Below the pieces are notes generated by a model. It ran no database searches and was not told the DNA's origin. It saw nothing but the letters and a program-made list of their open reading frames with translations. This document shows, piece by piece, positions 10,101 through 20,287 of a stretch of DNA of 63,567 nucleotides. Position numbers and translations under genes: made by a program. Each line of letters opens with the position of its first letter. Position 1 is the stretch's first letter. This DNA comes from an uncultured Coriobacteriaceae bacterium. GTDB lineage: Bacteria > Actinomycetota > Coriobacteriia > Anaerosomatales > SLCP01. The stretch lies in the NCBI GenBank assembly GCA_964349355.1, contig CAYGFZ010000004.1, positions 1 to 63,567 on the forward strand. Direction: 5' to 3'.

Positions 10101-10418
10101 TCACTCGCCCGACGGGCCGTTCGCATCTTTCCCGTCGGCCCGGAGTCCGAGAAGGATCCGCCACGGTCCGGGTGTGCCGAACGGCACGAACGCAACACGG
10201 TCTCCCGGCATGATGATGTGGTCCAGGCCGTACGCGGTGTGATTGCAGAAGACCGCCTCGATACCGTCGAGAGGCAGCCCCAGCTCGGTCGCAAGTCTTC
10301 TCGCAGGCGCACCGCCTGGTTCGACGCCTGTCTGGACGACCGCGGACAGACCGCGTTGCATCCTCAGGTCGCGCAGGGAGCCGAACATGCGGACAGTAGC
10401 GCACTCGGTCACATCCAT
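10101..10418 (-). CDS. MoaD/ThiS-like beta-grasp protein
   Basis: ATG at 10418 with a GGAGAGGAG RBS. MPGDRVAFVPFGTPG resembles the MoaD/ThiS C-terminal strand, but there is no terminal GG and there is a ~20-aa tail. Confidence 0.5.
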   Translation of the reverse strand: MDVTECATVRMFGSLRDLRMQRGLSAVVQTGVEPGGAPARRLATELGLPLDGIEAVFCNHTAYGLDHIIMPGDRVAFVPFGTPGPWRILLGLRADGKDANGPSGE

Positions 10419-10516
10419 CGACACTCCTCTCCTGATGGGTTTCTCCCTCAGGTCCTGCAAGGACAAACGTGCACGGCTATCATTGGCAGCATACCGCCCG
10501 CTCACCCGGAGGGCCG

Positions 10517-11017
10517 ATGAACCGCAAGGTGACCGCTGCACAGAACGTGAGCCGCATGTGTATGGTGTGCGGCCGCGACAACCCCTGGAGCCTGAAGGCC
10601 CGCTTCCTCGAGCTTGAAGGCGAGGAACTCCTCGGCATCTTCGAACCGCTCCAAGAGCACCAAAGCTATCCGGGACGACTGCACGGAGGGATCTCCTCGG
10701 CGGTACTCGACGAGACGATCGGGCGTGCGATCACAATGCACGACCCGCGAGCGTGGGGTGTGACGGTCGAGCTTTCCGTGCGCTATCGCAAGCCGGTCCC
10801 TCTCGATGAAGAGATCCGCGCGGTCGCACGCATCACGAAAGACTCCGGGCGGCTCTTCGAAGGCACCGGTGAGATCGTGCTCGCTGACGGGACCGTGGCG
10901 GTCGAGGCGCGTGGCCGGTTCATGCGTATTCCGATCGACCGTATCGCCGAGGGGGACTTCCACTCCGAATGGTTCGAAGACGTTCGCGACCGCCCGGACA
11001 TCGTCGATCTGGGGTAG
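10517..11017 (+). CDS. PaaI/hotdog-fold acyl-CoA thioesterase
   Basis: GGAGGG RBS. CMVCG...NPWSLKARF and GRLHGGISSAVLDETIGRAI hotdog motif. Confidence 0.7.
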   Translation: MNRKVTAAQNVSRMCMVCGRDNPWSLKARFLELEGEELLGIFEPLQEHQSYPGRLHGGISSAVLDETIGRAITMHDPRAWGVTVELSVRYRKPVPLDEEIRAVARITKDSGRLFEGTGEIVLADGTVAVEARGRFMRIPIDRIAEGDFHSEWFEDVRDRPDIVDLG

Positions 11018-11049
11018 GCTTTACGGGACCATTCGAAAAAGGTGAGACG

Positions 11050-11358
11050 ATGGCGAAACGACGCACGATCAGTTACCGGGACACCGCGCGTCTCGCGGTG
11101 GTGGGCGGCGTAGCCTCTGTGCTCGCAGTCGGGGCACGACTCGCCCTGCCGGCCGCCGGAGACCCCCTCCCGTGGCTGGATTCGACACTCGGAACGCTGG
11201 GAATCGTCGCGTGGTTCCTCGGAACGGCTGCGGGAGTGCTTGCCGTCTCCACCCCGTATCGTCGTACCGCCGTCGTAGGCCTCGTGCTGTGCGGTGTGGC
11301 ACTCATCGGCTTCGCCGTGTTATTCGTGACCAGCGGCGCACTCGCCCAGGCCGCCTGA
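11050..11358 (+). CDS. hypothetical small membrane protein (three TM)
   Basis: ATG at 11050. Hydrophobic segments throughout. No domain recognised. Confidence 0.45.
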   Translation: MAKRRTISYRDTARLAVVGGVASVLAVGARLALPAAGDPLPWLDSTLGTLGIVAWFLGTAAGVLAVSTPYRRTAVVGLVLCGVALIGFAVLFVTSGALAQAA

Positions 11359-11401
11359 CGGGTATCAACTCACCACAAGACGCCTGCCGTAGGAGGTTGC
11401 C

Positions 11402-11704
11402 GTGTACCGCCTGATAGCCCTCTTCCTGCTCGTCGTCATGCTCCCCCTGCTCGGTGCCGGCTGCACAGCCCCGACGGACGGCGCCGAGCCCGGCGCCGAC
11501 GGGCTCCACTCGATCGTTCCCCAGGTCACCGGCCTGAGCGAAGCCGACGCCGCCTCGGCACTCGCCGAGGCCGGATACGGTGTCGGCTCCGTCACCGAGC
11601 GCGCCTCCGGGGACACCGCGAGCGGTCAGGTCATCGAGCAAGACCCGATAGCCGGAACGTCTGCCGCGCGCGATTCGCTCGTCGATCTGGTGATCGCGGA
11701 GTGA
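11402..11704 (+). CDS. single-PASTA lipoprotein
   Basis: Lipobox LLGAGC, then VPQVTGLSEADAASALAEAGYGVGSV...DLVIAE. Confidence 0.7.
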   Translation: MYRLIALFLLVVMLPLLGAGCTAPTDGAEPGADGLHSIVPQVTGLSEADAASALAEAGYGVGSVTERASGDTASGQVIEQDPIAGTSAARDSLVDLVIAE

Positions 11705-11710
11705 CACCTG

Positions 11711-12847
11711 GTGAGTAGAGCCTCTCTCGCAAAGATCGCCACGGGCGCATCCCTCGCTGTCGTGCTGCTCACGGGGGCGGCCGGATGCGACGTCGCCGGC
11801 CTCGTTGAGCTACCTCCCAGCGTCGTCTACCCCGGCATCGAGCCGGTCGCCGACGCGTCACCGATGCCGAACGCCACCTTCTCGTGGGCTTTCGAAGGGC
11901 AGACCGTGCGCATGGAGGTCCCCGTCGACGGCGCCGTTCTCGAGGGTGCCCGCCGCGCTCCCAAGACCGTGCTCGCGTTTCGCGAGATCACCGAGACGGA
12001 GTGGATCCCCGACTACTACCGTGCGTTCATCGAGGAGTCGCATCAGGAACCGCTCTACGAGGCGCTTCTCGTCAACTTCCGCTCACTGCGACAAACGCTC
12101 GGGCTCGACGACGACCGCTACGCCGAGCTCATCGTCTCGTTCGCGCAGACGCTGCCGTACCGGACCGACCCGGTCGACCTCGAGCCGAAGTTCCCGATTC
12201 AGACCGTCGGCGACGGAGATGGGGACTGTGACGACAAGACGCTTCTCGCGGCCGCGCTGCTCGCGCGCGAGGGCTACGATGTCGCGATTCTGCTCTTCAC
12301 TCCCGAGGAGCACGTCGCGCTCGGCATGCGCAGCGACGGAAGCACCTATGGCGCCTCGGGTTACGCGCTCGTCGAGTCGACCTCGCCGTTGCTCTTCGGC
12401 TGGGTGCCCGACAGTCTGGAAGGGCCGAGCGGTGACATCATGCTCACCTCTGAACCGATGGTAGTGCGGATCGGCGACGGGGATCGCGCATACGGTTCCG
12501 GCCGTCAGACAGATGCCGTACGCACCCACCTTGAGAACGCGATCGCACGCGCGGAAGAACTCAGCGCGCGTATCGACGGACTCGACGCGGCTTTACGGAG
12601 CAAGAAGGCCGAGATCGACTCGATGCGATCTCAGATGGACCGGCTCTCCTCGGCGGGCGACGTCAGCGGCTATAACGCGCTCGTGCCCCGCCACAATGCC
12701 CTGACCGAGGAGTACAACGCTGCGGTAGCCGAGCGCAACGCCGTTCTCGACGAGCTCAACGCGGCCGCCAAGATCACCGAGCGGATCGCTGACGGGCAGA
12801 CCGACCGGGCGGGCCTGGTCCGGGAGTTGCAGATAGCTGGCACGTGA
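11711..12847 (+). CDS. lipoprotein with transglutaminase-like Cys-His core and C-terminal coiled coil
   Basis: Lipobox GAAGC. GDGDCDDKTLLAAALLAREGYDVAIL...EEHVALG...ALVESTS has the pattern of a papain/transglutaminase-like fold. The tail is heptad-rich (RIDGLDAALRSKKAEIDSMRSQMDRL). Confidence 0.55.
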   Translation: MSRASLAKIATGASLAVVLLTGAAGCDVAGLVELPPSVVYPGIEPVADASPMPNATFSWAFEGQTVRMEVPVDGAVLEGARRAPKTVLAFREITETEWIPDYYRAFIEESHQEPLYEALLVNFRSLRQTLGLDDDRYAELIVSFAQTLPYRTDPVDLEPKFPIQTVGDGDGDCDDKTLLAAALLAREGYDVAILLFTPEEHVALGMRSDGSTYGASGYALVESTSPLLFGWVPDSLEGPSGDIMLTSEPMVVRIGDGDRAYGSGRQTDAVRTHLENAIARAEELSARIDGLDAALRSKKAEIDSMRSQMDRLSSAGDVSGYNALVPRHNALTEEYNAAVAERNAVLDELNAAAKITERIADGQTDRAGLVRELQIAGT

Positions 12848-12900
12848 ACGCGTATGCTACGACATGACGGCACCGACAAGACAGGCGAGGTGACAGCAGC

Positions 12901-13401
12901 ATGAAGGACCCACTCGATGCGCTCGACAAGCGGCTCATCGGCCTGTTCGCCTCCGATGCGCGCATGCCGATGGCCGAGGCTGCGACCCGGGCTGGCGTCG
13001 CGCGTCCGACCGCTGCGTCGCGCGTCAAGTCGCTTCTCGAGCGCGGGGTCTTGCGTTTCGCCGCACTTGTCGACGCCTCCCGCGCCGACGACCTCACTAT
13101 CGCACTCGTCGGCCTCAAGCTCGATCAGTACCGACTCGACGAGTCCGTGAAGAAGATCGCTACGCTCGATGAGGTCAGCTGGGCGGCTGTCGTCACCGGT
13201 CGCTACGACATCATCGCGCAGATCGTGACAGACAACGGGATGCCCGGCCTCTACGACTTCCTCGACCGCTCCCTACTCGAGGTGGGCGGGATCGCCTCCT
13301 CTGAGATGTTCGTGGTCATGAAGGCCACCGGAAAGTGGTCGTCTCTCCCGCCGGGCCTCCTGCGCGAATGGGTCGACCCCGGGCAGGACTCTCCCGCCTA
13401 G
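12901..13401 (+). CDS. Lrp/AsnC family transcriptional regulator
   Basis: LDKRLIGLFASDARMPMAEAATRAGVARPTAASRVKSL HTH plus a C-terminal RAM-like domain. Confidence 0.85.
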   Translation: MKDPLDALDKRLIGLFASDARMPMAEAATRAGVARPTAASRVKSLLERGVLRFAALVDASRADDLTIALVGLKLDQYRLDESVKKIATLDEVSWAAVVTGRYDIIAQIVTDNGMPGLYDFLDRSLLEVGGIASSEMFVVMKATGKWSSLPPGLLREWVDPGQDSPA

Positions 13402-13482
13402 GCCTGGCACGCTGCCGCGCACGATTCGGGTATGAACTCTCGTGTCGTCTCGTGTCGTCACACGCCCATCCGAAGGGGTCCC

Positions 13483-15504
13483 ATGTCCGCACACACCGAC
13501 CTTATCGCCATAGACACGCTCCGGTTCCTTGCCGTCGACATGGTCCAGCAGGCCAACTCCGGACACCCCGGCATGCCCATGGGCGCCGCACCGATGGCCT
13601 ACACGCTCTGGGACCGGTTCTTGCGCTTCGACCCGGCTGATCCCGCATGGCCCAACCGCGACCGCTTCGTGCTCTCCGCGGGACACGGCTGCGCGCTGCT
13701 CTACTCGCTCCTCCACCTCACCGGCTACGACCTGCCGATGAGCGAGCTCGAGTCGTTCCGCCAGTGGGGCAGCCGCACACCGGGTCACCCCGAGCATGGA
13801 TTGACGCCGGGCGTCGAGGCGACGACGGGGCCCCTCGGTCAGGGCTTCGCCAACGCGGTCGGAATGGCGCTCGCCGAGGAGTCACTCGCGGCGCACTTCA
13901 ACCGTCCCGGCCACACGGTCGTCGACCACCACACATACGTGCTCTGCAGCGACGGGGACCTGATGGAGGGCGTATCCGCCGAGGCAGCCTCGCTCGCCGG
14001 CCATCTCGGCCTCGGGAAGCTCATCGCACTGTGGGACGACAACCGCATCTCGATCGAAGGGTCGACCGACCTCGCGTTCACCGAGCACACGGTGTTGCGC
14101 TTCGAGGCGTACGGTTGGCACGTCGAGCGGGTCGCTGACGGCACCGACGCCGAGGCGATCGAGGCTGCGATCAAGGCTGCCAGGCGCGTGACCGACCGAC
14201 CGTCGTTCATCGCGATCCGTACCGAGATCGGACACGGCAGCCCGGGCAAGCAGGGCAGCGCGTCGGCGCACGGGGAACCGCTCGGAGTCGACGAGGTCCG
14301 GCTCACCAAGGAGTCACTCGGCTGGCCGCTCGAGCCGGCATTCCACGTACCAGACGAGGCTCTCGCGCACTTTCGCACGATGGGCGCCCGTGGCGCCGAT
14401 CTGCACGCGGCCTGGCAGGAGCGCTTCGGGAAGTACCGGGATGAGTACCCCCAGCTCGCTGCCGAGTTCACACGCCGCATGCGCGGAGAGCGGGCTCCCG
14501 GTTTCGACGACGCCCTGCCGGTCTTCACCGCGGGCGACGGGGCGCTTGCGACGCGTGAGGCGAGCGGGAAGGTGATGAACGCTCTGGCTGACAGCGTGCC
14601 TGAGCTCATGGGTGGCTCGGCGGACCTCGCTCCGAGCACCAAGACGCTCCTGACCGGACTCGGCGACTTCAGCGACGACCAGCGCGATGGCCGCAACCTG
14701 CGCTTCGGTGTGCGCGAACACGCGATGGGCTCGATCGTCAACGGCATGGCGTACCACGGAGGCTTCGTGCCGTACGGCTCGACGTTCCTGATCTTCTCGG
14801 ACTACATGCGCCCCCCTATCCGACTGGCGGCACTCACAGGCCTGCACGTGGTGCACGTGTTCACGCACGACAGCGTCGGACTCGGCGAGGATGGGCCGAC
14901 CCATCAGCCGGTCGAACATCTCGTCGCACTCCGGGCGATACCGAACGCGGTGCTCCTGCGTCCGGCCGACCCCAACGAGACGGCCGCGGCCTGGCGTGTG
15001 GCGCTCACCGAGAGCAACCGGCCGGTTCTGCTCGCACTCTCGCGCCAGAAGCTGCCGGTCCTCGACCCGGTTGAGTTCCCGGGCGTTGCAGAGGGTGTCG
15101 CGCGCGGTGGCTACACTCTCGCCGACGCCGCCCGCGGCGCCGCGCCGCGGGCGGTCGTCATCGCATCCGGCTCCGAGGTACACGTCGCACTCGCAGCCCG
15201 CGAGACTCTCGCAGCTGCGGGCATCCCGGTACGCGTCGTGAGCATGTGCTCGACCGGCCTCTTCGCCGAGCAGGCCGAGGAGTACCGGCGCTCGGTCGTG
15301 CCGGCAGACGTGCCGGCCGTTAGCATCGAGGCCGGCGTGACCCTGGGTTGGCGCGGCTATCTGGACAGCGCCGGACCGGATAGCGCGATCACAGCGCTCG
15401 GCATCGACCGCTTCGGCGCGTCTGCGCCCGGCGACACGGTGATGCGCGAGTTCGGCATGACGCCAGAGGCGGTCGTCCAGGCCGTCAGGGCCGCACTCGC
15501 CTAG
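13483..15504 (+). CDS. tkt: transketolase
   Basis: ATG at 13483. [25 protein letters not shown] and [13 protein letters not shown] motifs. Confidence 0.92.
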   Translation: MSAHTDLIAIDTLRFLAVDMVQQANSGHPGMPMGAAPMAYTLWDRFLRFDPADPAWPNRDRFVLSAGHGCALLYSLLHLTGYDLPMSELESFRQWGSRTPGHPEHGLTPGVEATTGPLGQGFANAVGMALAEESLAAHFNRPGHTVVDHHTYVLCSDGDLMEGVSAEAASLAGHLGLGKLIALWDDNRISIEGSTDLAFTEHTVLRFEAYGWHVERVADGTDAEAIEAAIKAARRVTDRPSFIAIRTEIGHGSPGKQGSASAHGEPLGVDEVRLTKESLGWPLEPAFHVPDEALAHFRTMGARGADLHAAWQERFGKYRDEYPQLAAEFTRRMRGERAPGFDDALPVFTAGDGALATREASGKVMNALADSVPELMGGSADLAPSTKTLLTGLGDFSDDQRDGRNLRFGVREHAMGSIVNGMAYHGGFVPYGSTFLIFSDYMRPPIRLAALTGLHVVHVFTHDSVGLGEDGPTHQPVEHLVALRAIPNAVLLRPADPNETAAAWRVALTESNRPVLLALSRQKLPVLDPVEFPGVAEGVARGGYTLADAARGAAPRAVVIASGSEVHVALAARETLAAAGIPVRVVSMCSTGLFAEQAEEYRRSVVPADVPAVSIEAGVTLGWRGYLDSAGPDSAITALGIDRFGASAPGDTVMREFGMTPEAVVQAVRAALA

Positions 15505-16961
15505 CCGAGGAACCGCCGCACCAGCGCGGCCTGCAGCACCAGGCTGGCTGCGGTCGTGTCCTGCCCGGAATCGAGCGCCTCGCGTAGTCGGCGTATAAGT
15601 GCAAGGTACTCGGGGTCGGGCTCCCAGTCGAAGCCCGCGCGCAGGAGCGCGTCGCGCAGCCCGGGAGCAACATACGGTCCCTCGAGGTCCGCGTGGTTGA
15701 GCGCCTCGGCGATCTTCGCATCGAGTGAAGGATACACCTCGCGCACGAACTCGAGGTCCTGTTGCGAGAGCGCCTCGAACGCAAGCAACTCCGGCGGCAT
15801 GCCGGCCGAGTAGAGAGAGCCGGTGAACGAGATGGCGCGGGGCAGCGTGACGCCTTCGACCTTTCGTGCATAGCCGAACAGCCCGATGTGCAGCTTGCGG
15901 GCACGTCGCGCCGGAATGTGCTTGGCGAACGCGTTGATCGTCTCGGCGAGCTCGAGCAAGCGCGCCCGGTAGACCTCGCTATAAGCCGCCATGATAGGCG
16001 CCGCTCGCTCTGCGTCGATCTCGCGTGCCGGACCGATCTCACGGGCGCGGAGATGTCCGATGGCGGCGCGGACCTCCTCGGGCGGGTAGTCGTACTTGAA
16101 CGCCGACTGGATCGAGAAGGTCACCACGCTCGGGTACTCGCGCCCGACCCGCTCGGCAGTGCGCGGCGAGAGGCCTCCTCGGAACGGCGCCGACCCCATG
16201 CCGAGGATCGGGTGCATCCGCACGCCGGACTTCGCCGCGAGCGCGTCGAGATCGGCCAGCGCGATCTTGTTCGCGAGCGCCGCAGACACGAGCCCGTAGT
16301 TCATCGCGGTATCGGAGCGCGCAAGGAAGACCCTCTGGTCGGCGACGTCCTTGTCGGCGAGGTAGTCCTCGACGATGTCGGCGGCCCCGAGCATGCTCGG
16401 CAGGTCCTCGAAGAGCGGGATGACGTCGATGCGATCTGGCCCCGACTCGCCCACCCACTGGGCGATGGTGAGATCGCCGTCACGGAAGCGCTCGTGCTGG
16501 CGATCGTGGATGAAGCGGTGGTAGTACTGGTAGATGCGGTCGATGCACTTCGCCGAGGTCGTCATCGGCAGTATGACCTCATGGATCGGGGTCACTTCGC
16601 GACCGTAGAAGAGGCGCGCGGCGTCATAGGAACGCGGGATGGACTCGAGCGTCTCGAGCAGCACCTTCGCCTCGGCGGTCTCTACGGTGGGGTTGGGCAC
16701 GCGCAACGTGAGGTTCACCGTCTCGCCCAAGACGTTCTCGCGGAAGTACGGCTCGTAGAAGGAGAGGAGCTTCTTGACGACGTAGGTGTCGATCTCTTTT
16801 CCCTCGACATCCCACATCTGCTCGTCGCAACCGAGATGCGAGTACGCGTAGTAGGCCTCGCGGATCTCGTCCTCTCCGGCAAGCACGGGCGAAGACGAGA
16901 AGAACGGAATGGTGGCGTTGTCGGGGTGCTGGGTGCTCATGCAGCGCGGGACGGTGCGCAT
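15501..16961 (-). CDS. ppcA: archaeal-type phosphoenolpyruvate carboxylase
   Basis: ~490 aa with [11 protein letters not shown] near the N-terminus, characteristic of PpcA-type PEPC. GAGGAG RBS before the ATG at 16961. Confidence 0.85.
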   Translation of the reverse strand: MRTVPRCMSTQHPDNATIPFFSSSPVLAGEDEIREAYYAYSHLGCDEQMWDVEGKEIDTYVVKKLLSFYEPYFRENVLGETVNLTLRVPNPTVETAEAKVLLETLESIPRSYDAARLFYGREVTPIHEVILPMTTSAKCIDRIYQYYHRFIHDRQHERFRDGDLTIAQWVGESGPDRIDVIPLFEDLPSMLGAADIVEDYLADKDVADQRVFLARSDTAMNYGLVSAALANKIALADLDALAAKSGVRMHPILGMGSAPFRGGLSPRTAERVGREYPSVVTFSIQSAFKYDYPPEEVRAAIGHLRAREIGPAREIDAERAAPIMAAYSEVYRARLLELAETINAFAKHIPARRARKLHIGLFGYARKVEGVTLPRAISFTGSLYSAGMPPELLAFEALSQQDLEFVREVYPSLDAKIAEALNHADLEGPYVAPGLRDALLRAGFDWEPDPEYLALIRRLREALDSGQDTTAASLVLQAALVRRFLG

Positions 16962-17103
16962 AGGGGTCTCCTCGGCGGGTCGAGTTGCGGGGTGTAGATT
17001 GAGTGTTCCCATCAGGGCGGCGTGTGTCACCGGATACGGGCGCAGACATGCCGATGCCCCGCACGAAGCGGGGCATCATCGTGCGGTCCGCCCGCAGCGG
17101 ACC

Positions 17104-17577
17104 CTACCTCTTGGCGCCGAGGAGTTTCTTGGCGCCCGAGCCGAGCGGGATGCGGTGACTCTTGGGCCTGAGCACCTCCGCGGCCTTGGGAAGGCGCACC
17201 TCAAGCACGCCGTCCGTGTAGTCGGCGCTGACCTTCTCCGGGTCCACGCCCTCGGGAAGCACGAGCGAACGCTCGAACGAACCGAAGCTCCGCTCGCGGA
17301 TGATCCAGCCCTCGTCGCTCTTCTCGGTCTCGGACTTCCGCTCACCCTTGATGGTGAGCACGCCGTCGGTGACCTCGACGTCGATGTCCTCCTCCTTCAG
17401 GCCGGGCAGCTCGGCGTGGACGACCATGTCATCACCGGTCGTACGCACGTCGATCCTCGGCATCCATGCGACGCCGCCCTGGGCGCCGTCGCCGCCCTGA
17501 CCGATGCCGAGACGGCCGAAGAGACGGTCCATCTCCCGCTGCATCGTGAGCATCTCGCCAAACGGGTCCCAACGCAT
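17104..17577 (-). CDS. Hsp20/alpha-crystallin small heat-shock protein
   Basis: MRWDPFGEM... start with a GGGAGGTGAG RBS. ACD motifs AELPGLKEEDIDVEV and GVLEVRLPK. Confidence 0.9.
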   Translation of the reverse strand: MRWDPFGEMLTMQREMDRLFGRLGIGQGGDGAQGGVAWMPRIDVRTTGDDMVVHAELPGLKEEDIDVEVTDGVLTIKGERKSETEKSDEGWIIRERSFGSFERSLVLPEGVDPEKVSADYTDGVLEVRLPKAAEVLRPKSHRIPLGSGAKKLLGAKR

Positions 17578-17707
17578 TATCGCCACTGTTCTCACCTCCC
17601 TTACATCTAAGTCAATCGCTATCAGATATTGCTGCCTGCGTCTCCTATATACCAAGGGTTTGCAAGAACTAAACGGCCGCTCAGACACGGTACGGTATCA
17701 TCGACTC

Positions 17708-18715
17708 ATGACTACCGCAGCGCATCACGAAATCCGCGACATATTCCCTCCCGGCTCGGTGGTCCTCGGCCCCATGGCCGGCATCACCGAGGCGCCGTTC
17801 CGCGGCATCTGCAAACGCATGGGCGCGACGCTCACCTACACCGAGATGGTCAGTGCGCTCGGCCTGCACTACAACCCCGACGCTGCGATCTCCCGGTCGC
17901 TGCTGACGTTCTCGGCCGAGGAAGTGCCCTGCGCCGTCCAGCTCTTCGGCCACGATCCACAGATCATGGCCGAGCAGGCGGCCGGCATCGTGGAGCGCTA
18001 CGGCGCTGACGTGGCGCTCATCGACATCAACATGGGATGCCCGGTGAGCAAGGTCGTCTGCAAGGGTAGCGGAGCTGCGCTGATGCGAACTCCCGAACTC
18101 GCGGCGACGATCGTACGCGAGGTCTCCTCGGCGTGCGAGCTGCCGGTCACCGTGAAGTTCCGCAGCGGCTGGGAGGCTGGTGAACGCAACGCGGTGGTGT
18201 TCGCCCGCGCGATGGAGGCCGCCGGTGCATCGGCGATGTGCATCCACGGCCGGACCCGCTCGCAGTTCTACAAAGGCCGCGCCGACTGGGAGACGATTGC
18301 GGCTGTCAAAGCAACGGTCGACGTTCCCGTGATCGGCTCCGGCGACGTGTTCTCCGCAGGCGATGTCCTCGCGATGTTCGAGCGCACCGGAGTCGACGGC
18401 GTTATGGTGGCCCGGGGCGCCCAGGGCAATCCGTGGATCTTCCGGGAGGCCCGCGCGCTCATCGACACCGGCGAGGCGATGGATCCTCCCACCGCATTCG
18501 AGCGTATCGACATGGCCCGCGAGCACGCGGCCGCGCTGGTGGCTTTCGCAGGCGAGCGTGCGTTCGCGCGTATGCGCAAGCACGTTGCGTGGTATATCTA
18601 CGGCATGCCCGGCGCCACCCGGATGCGCGAACGGGTCAACCAGACCGAGAGTCACGCAGCCCTCGATGCGCTGCTCCTCGAGTATCGGGAGTACGTTGCA
18701 GCCCGCTTGACATGA
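17708..18715 (+). CDS. tRNA-dihydrouridine synthase
   Basis: LGPMAGITEAPFR, DINMGCPV and FRSGW motifs of Dus enzymes. Confidence 0.88.
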   Translation: MTTAAHHEIRDIFPPGSVVLGPMAGITEAPFRGICKRMGATLTYTEMVSALGLHYNPDAAISRSLLTFSAEEVPCAVQLFGHDPQIMAEQAAGIVERYGADVALIDINMGCPVSKVVCKGSGAALMRTPELAATIVREVSSACELPVTVKFRSGWEAGERNAVVFARAMEAAGASAMCIHGRTRSQFYKGRADWETIAAVKATVDVPVIGSGDVFSAGDVLAMFERTGVDGVMVARGAQGNPWIFREARALIDTGEAMDPPTAFERIDMAREHAAALVAFAGERAFARMRKHVAWYIYGMPGATRMRERVNQTESHAALDALLLEYREYVAARLT

Positions 18716-18745
18716 CCGCCGGACGCGACAGAAGGATGGTGCCCC

Positions 18746-19282
18746 ATGCATAGCGACGTCGTACTCACCGTGACAGGACCCGACCGGATCGGAATCGTCG
18801 AGACGGTCACTGGCGTGCTCCTCGGCCTGGGGGCGAACGTGGAGACGAGCCGGATGGCCCGCCTCGGTGGCGAGTTCGCCATCATCATGCTCGCAGCGGT
18901 CCCGGACGCCTCCGCCGAGGCCTTGAAGACGGCTTTCGAGGATCTGGTCGCCGAAGGCTACCGCACGACCGTTGTCCCGACCGGCCGCGAGACGGGCACC
19001 GCGCTGCGCGGCTGGATGCGCTACCGCATCGAGGTGCACGGGGCCGACCACGAGGGCATCGTCCACGAGATCGCGCGCGGGCTGTCCGCACGCGGCATCA
19101 ACATCGAAGCGATGGACACCGGCACGAGTCCCGCACCGGTCACAGGTACCACACTCTTCTCGATGATCGCCGTAGTCGCAGTGCCGCCGGACCTCGCCGA
19201 GCCGCTCTGGACCGCCGACCTTCACGAGGCCGGACGCCAGGCCAACGTCGGCGTGGTGGTGACACCGATCGACGCGGGGTAG
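18746..19282 (+). CDS. tandem ACT-domain protein (GcvR-like)
   Basis: Two ACT repeats (VTGPDRIGIVETVTGVL and VHGADHEGIVHEIARGL). Confidence 0.7.
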   Translation: MHSDVVLTVTGPDRIGIVETVTGVLLGLGANVETSRMARLGGEFAIIMLAAVPDASAEALKTAFEDLVAEGYRTTVVPTGRETGTALRGWMRYRIEVHGADHEGIVHEIARGLSARGINIEAMDTGTSPAPVTGTTLFSMIAVVAVPPDLAEPLWTADLHEAGRQANVGVVVTPIDAG

Positions 19283-19462
19283 CGCCCTCGCGCCCGGAAG
19301 GGGGCTCCGTGACGGCCGACATGAGGCGGCCACTGCTCCATCCTCAAGGGTGGTTGCAGAAGTACTCTTGGGTGCCGAGGCCGATGCGCCTGCATCGTGG
19401 TCCGGGGCCTGTCGCCGGCCCTCGTCGTCACCGATGGACTCGATCAGTAGGTGGTACCCGCG

Positions 19463-19494
19463 CTCATGGCCGGATGAGTTAATCCGGCCATGAG
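19463..19494. terminator. hairpin between convergent genes (possible bidirectional terminator)
   Basis: Perfect 12-bp stem CTCATGGCCGGA/TCCGGCCATGAG with an 8-nt loop. No clear U-tract. Confidence 0.35.
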
Positions 19495-19534
19495 CAGAGG
19501 GCTTCATACACCACTTGACGGGACGTGGCCTTCC

Positions 19535-20287
19535 CTACAGAGGCACGACGACAGGCACCCCGTTGAGCGTAGGCACGCTCACGGGCACGCCGTACACGTG
19601 ACCGACGTTGTCCGGGGTCACCACCTCCGCCCCGCCCAACGCGAACACCTTGCCGTCCGCAAGGAACAGGAATGCATCGGCGTAGCGCAGCGCGAGGTTA
19701 AGATCGTGCATCACCGCGATGACGGCGACACGCTCCTCGGCGGTCACCCGCTTGACCGTTTCGAGCACCTCGAGCTGGTTACGCAGGTCCAGGCTGCTCG
19801 TAGGCTCGTCGAGCAGAAGGACGCGCGGCTCCTGTGCAAGCGCCCGCGCGATGGTGGTCTTCTGCAGCTCGCCCCCGGAAAGTTCGTCGAGATAGCGGCG
19901 GGAGAGATCCTCGAGTTCGAGCCGCGAGATCACGCGGCGCACCACCTCGTGGTCGTGGCGCGAAGCGTCCCACCGGATGTGCGGTTTGCGGCCGAGCAGC
20001 ACGGCGTCGTAGACGGTCATCCTGCCACTCTCGGTGCGCTGCGCGACGTAGCCGAGCCGCTGCGCGACCTGGACACGGGTGAGCCGACGCAGGTCATGCT
20101 CGTCTACGAGCACGCTACCGTCGCGCGGCCGAAGGATGCGGTTAAGACATTTCAGCAGCGTGGACTTGCCCGCACCGTTGTTGCCGAGCACGGCGAGGAA
20201 CTCGCCGGGGGCGACGTCGAAGCGGACTCCGGCGAGCACCGGCTCGCTCCGGTACGAGAACTCGATTCCGTCAGCGGTGAGGATCAT
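19535..20287 (-). CDS. ABC transporter ATP-binding protein (FecE/BtuD-type)
   Basis: Walker A GNNGAGKST, signature LSGGELQ and Walker B LLLDEP. ATGA overlap with the permease stop. Confidence 0.9.
   Translation of the reverse strand: MILTADGIEFSYRSEPVLAGVRFDVAPGEFLAVLGNNGAGKSTLLKCLNRILRPRDGSVLVDEHDLRRLTRVQVAQRLGYVAQRTESGRMTVYDAVLLGRKPHIRWDASRHDHEVVRRVISRLELEDLSRRYLDELSGGELQKTTIARALAQEPRVLLLDEPTSSLDLRNQLEVLETVKRVTAEERVAVIAVMHDLNLALRYADAFLFLADGKVFALGGAEVVTPDNVGHVYGVPVSVPTLNGVPVVVPL

Noticed and set aside
13441-13460. Short tandem TCGTGTCG-TCTCGTGTCG repeat upstream of tkt, checked as a possible repeat array.
   Set aside because: There are only two short units with no spacer-repeat periodicity. 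No CRISPR-like array was seen anywhere in the window.
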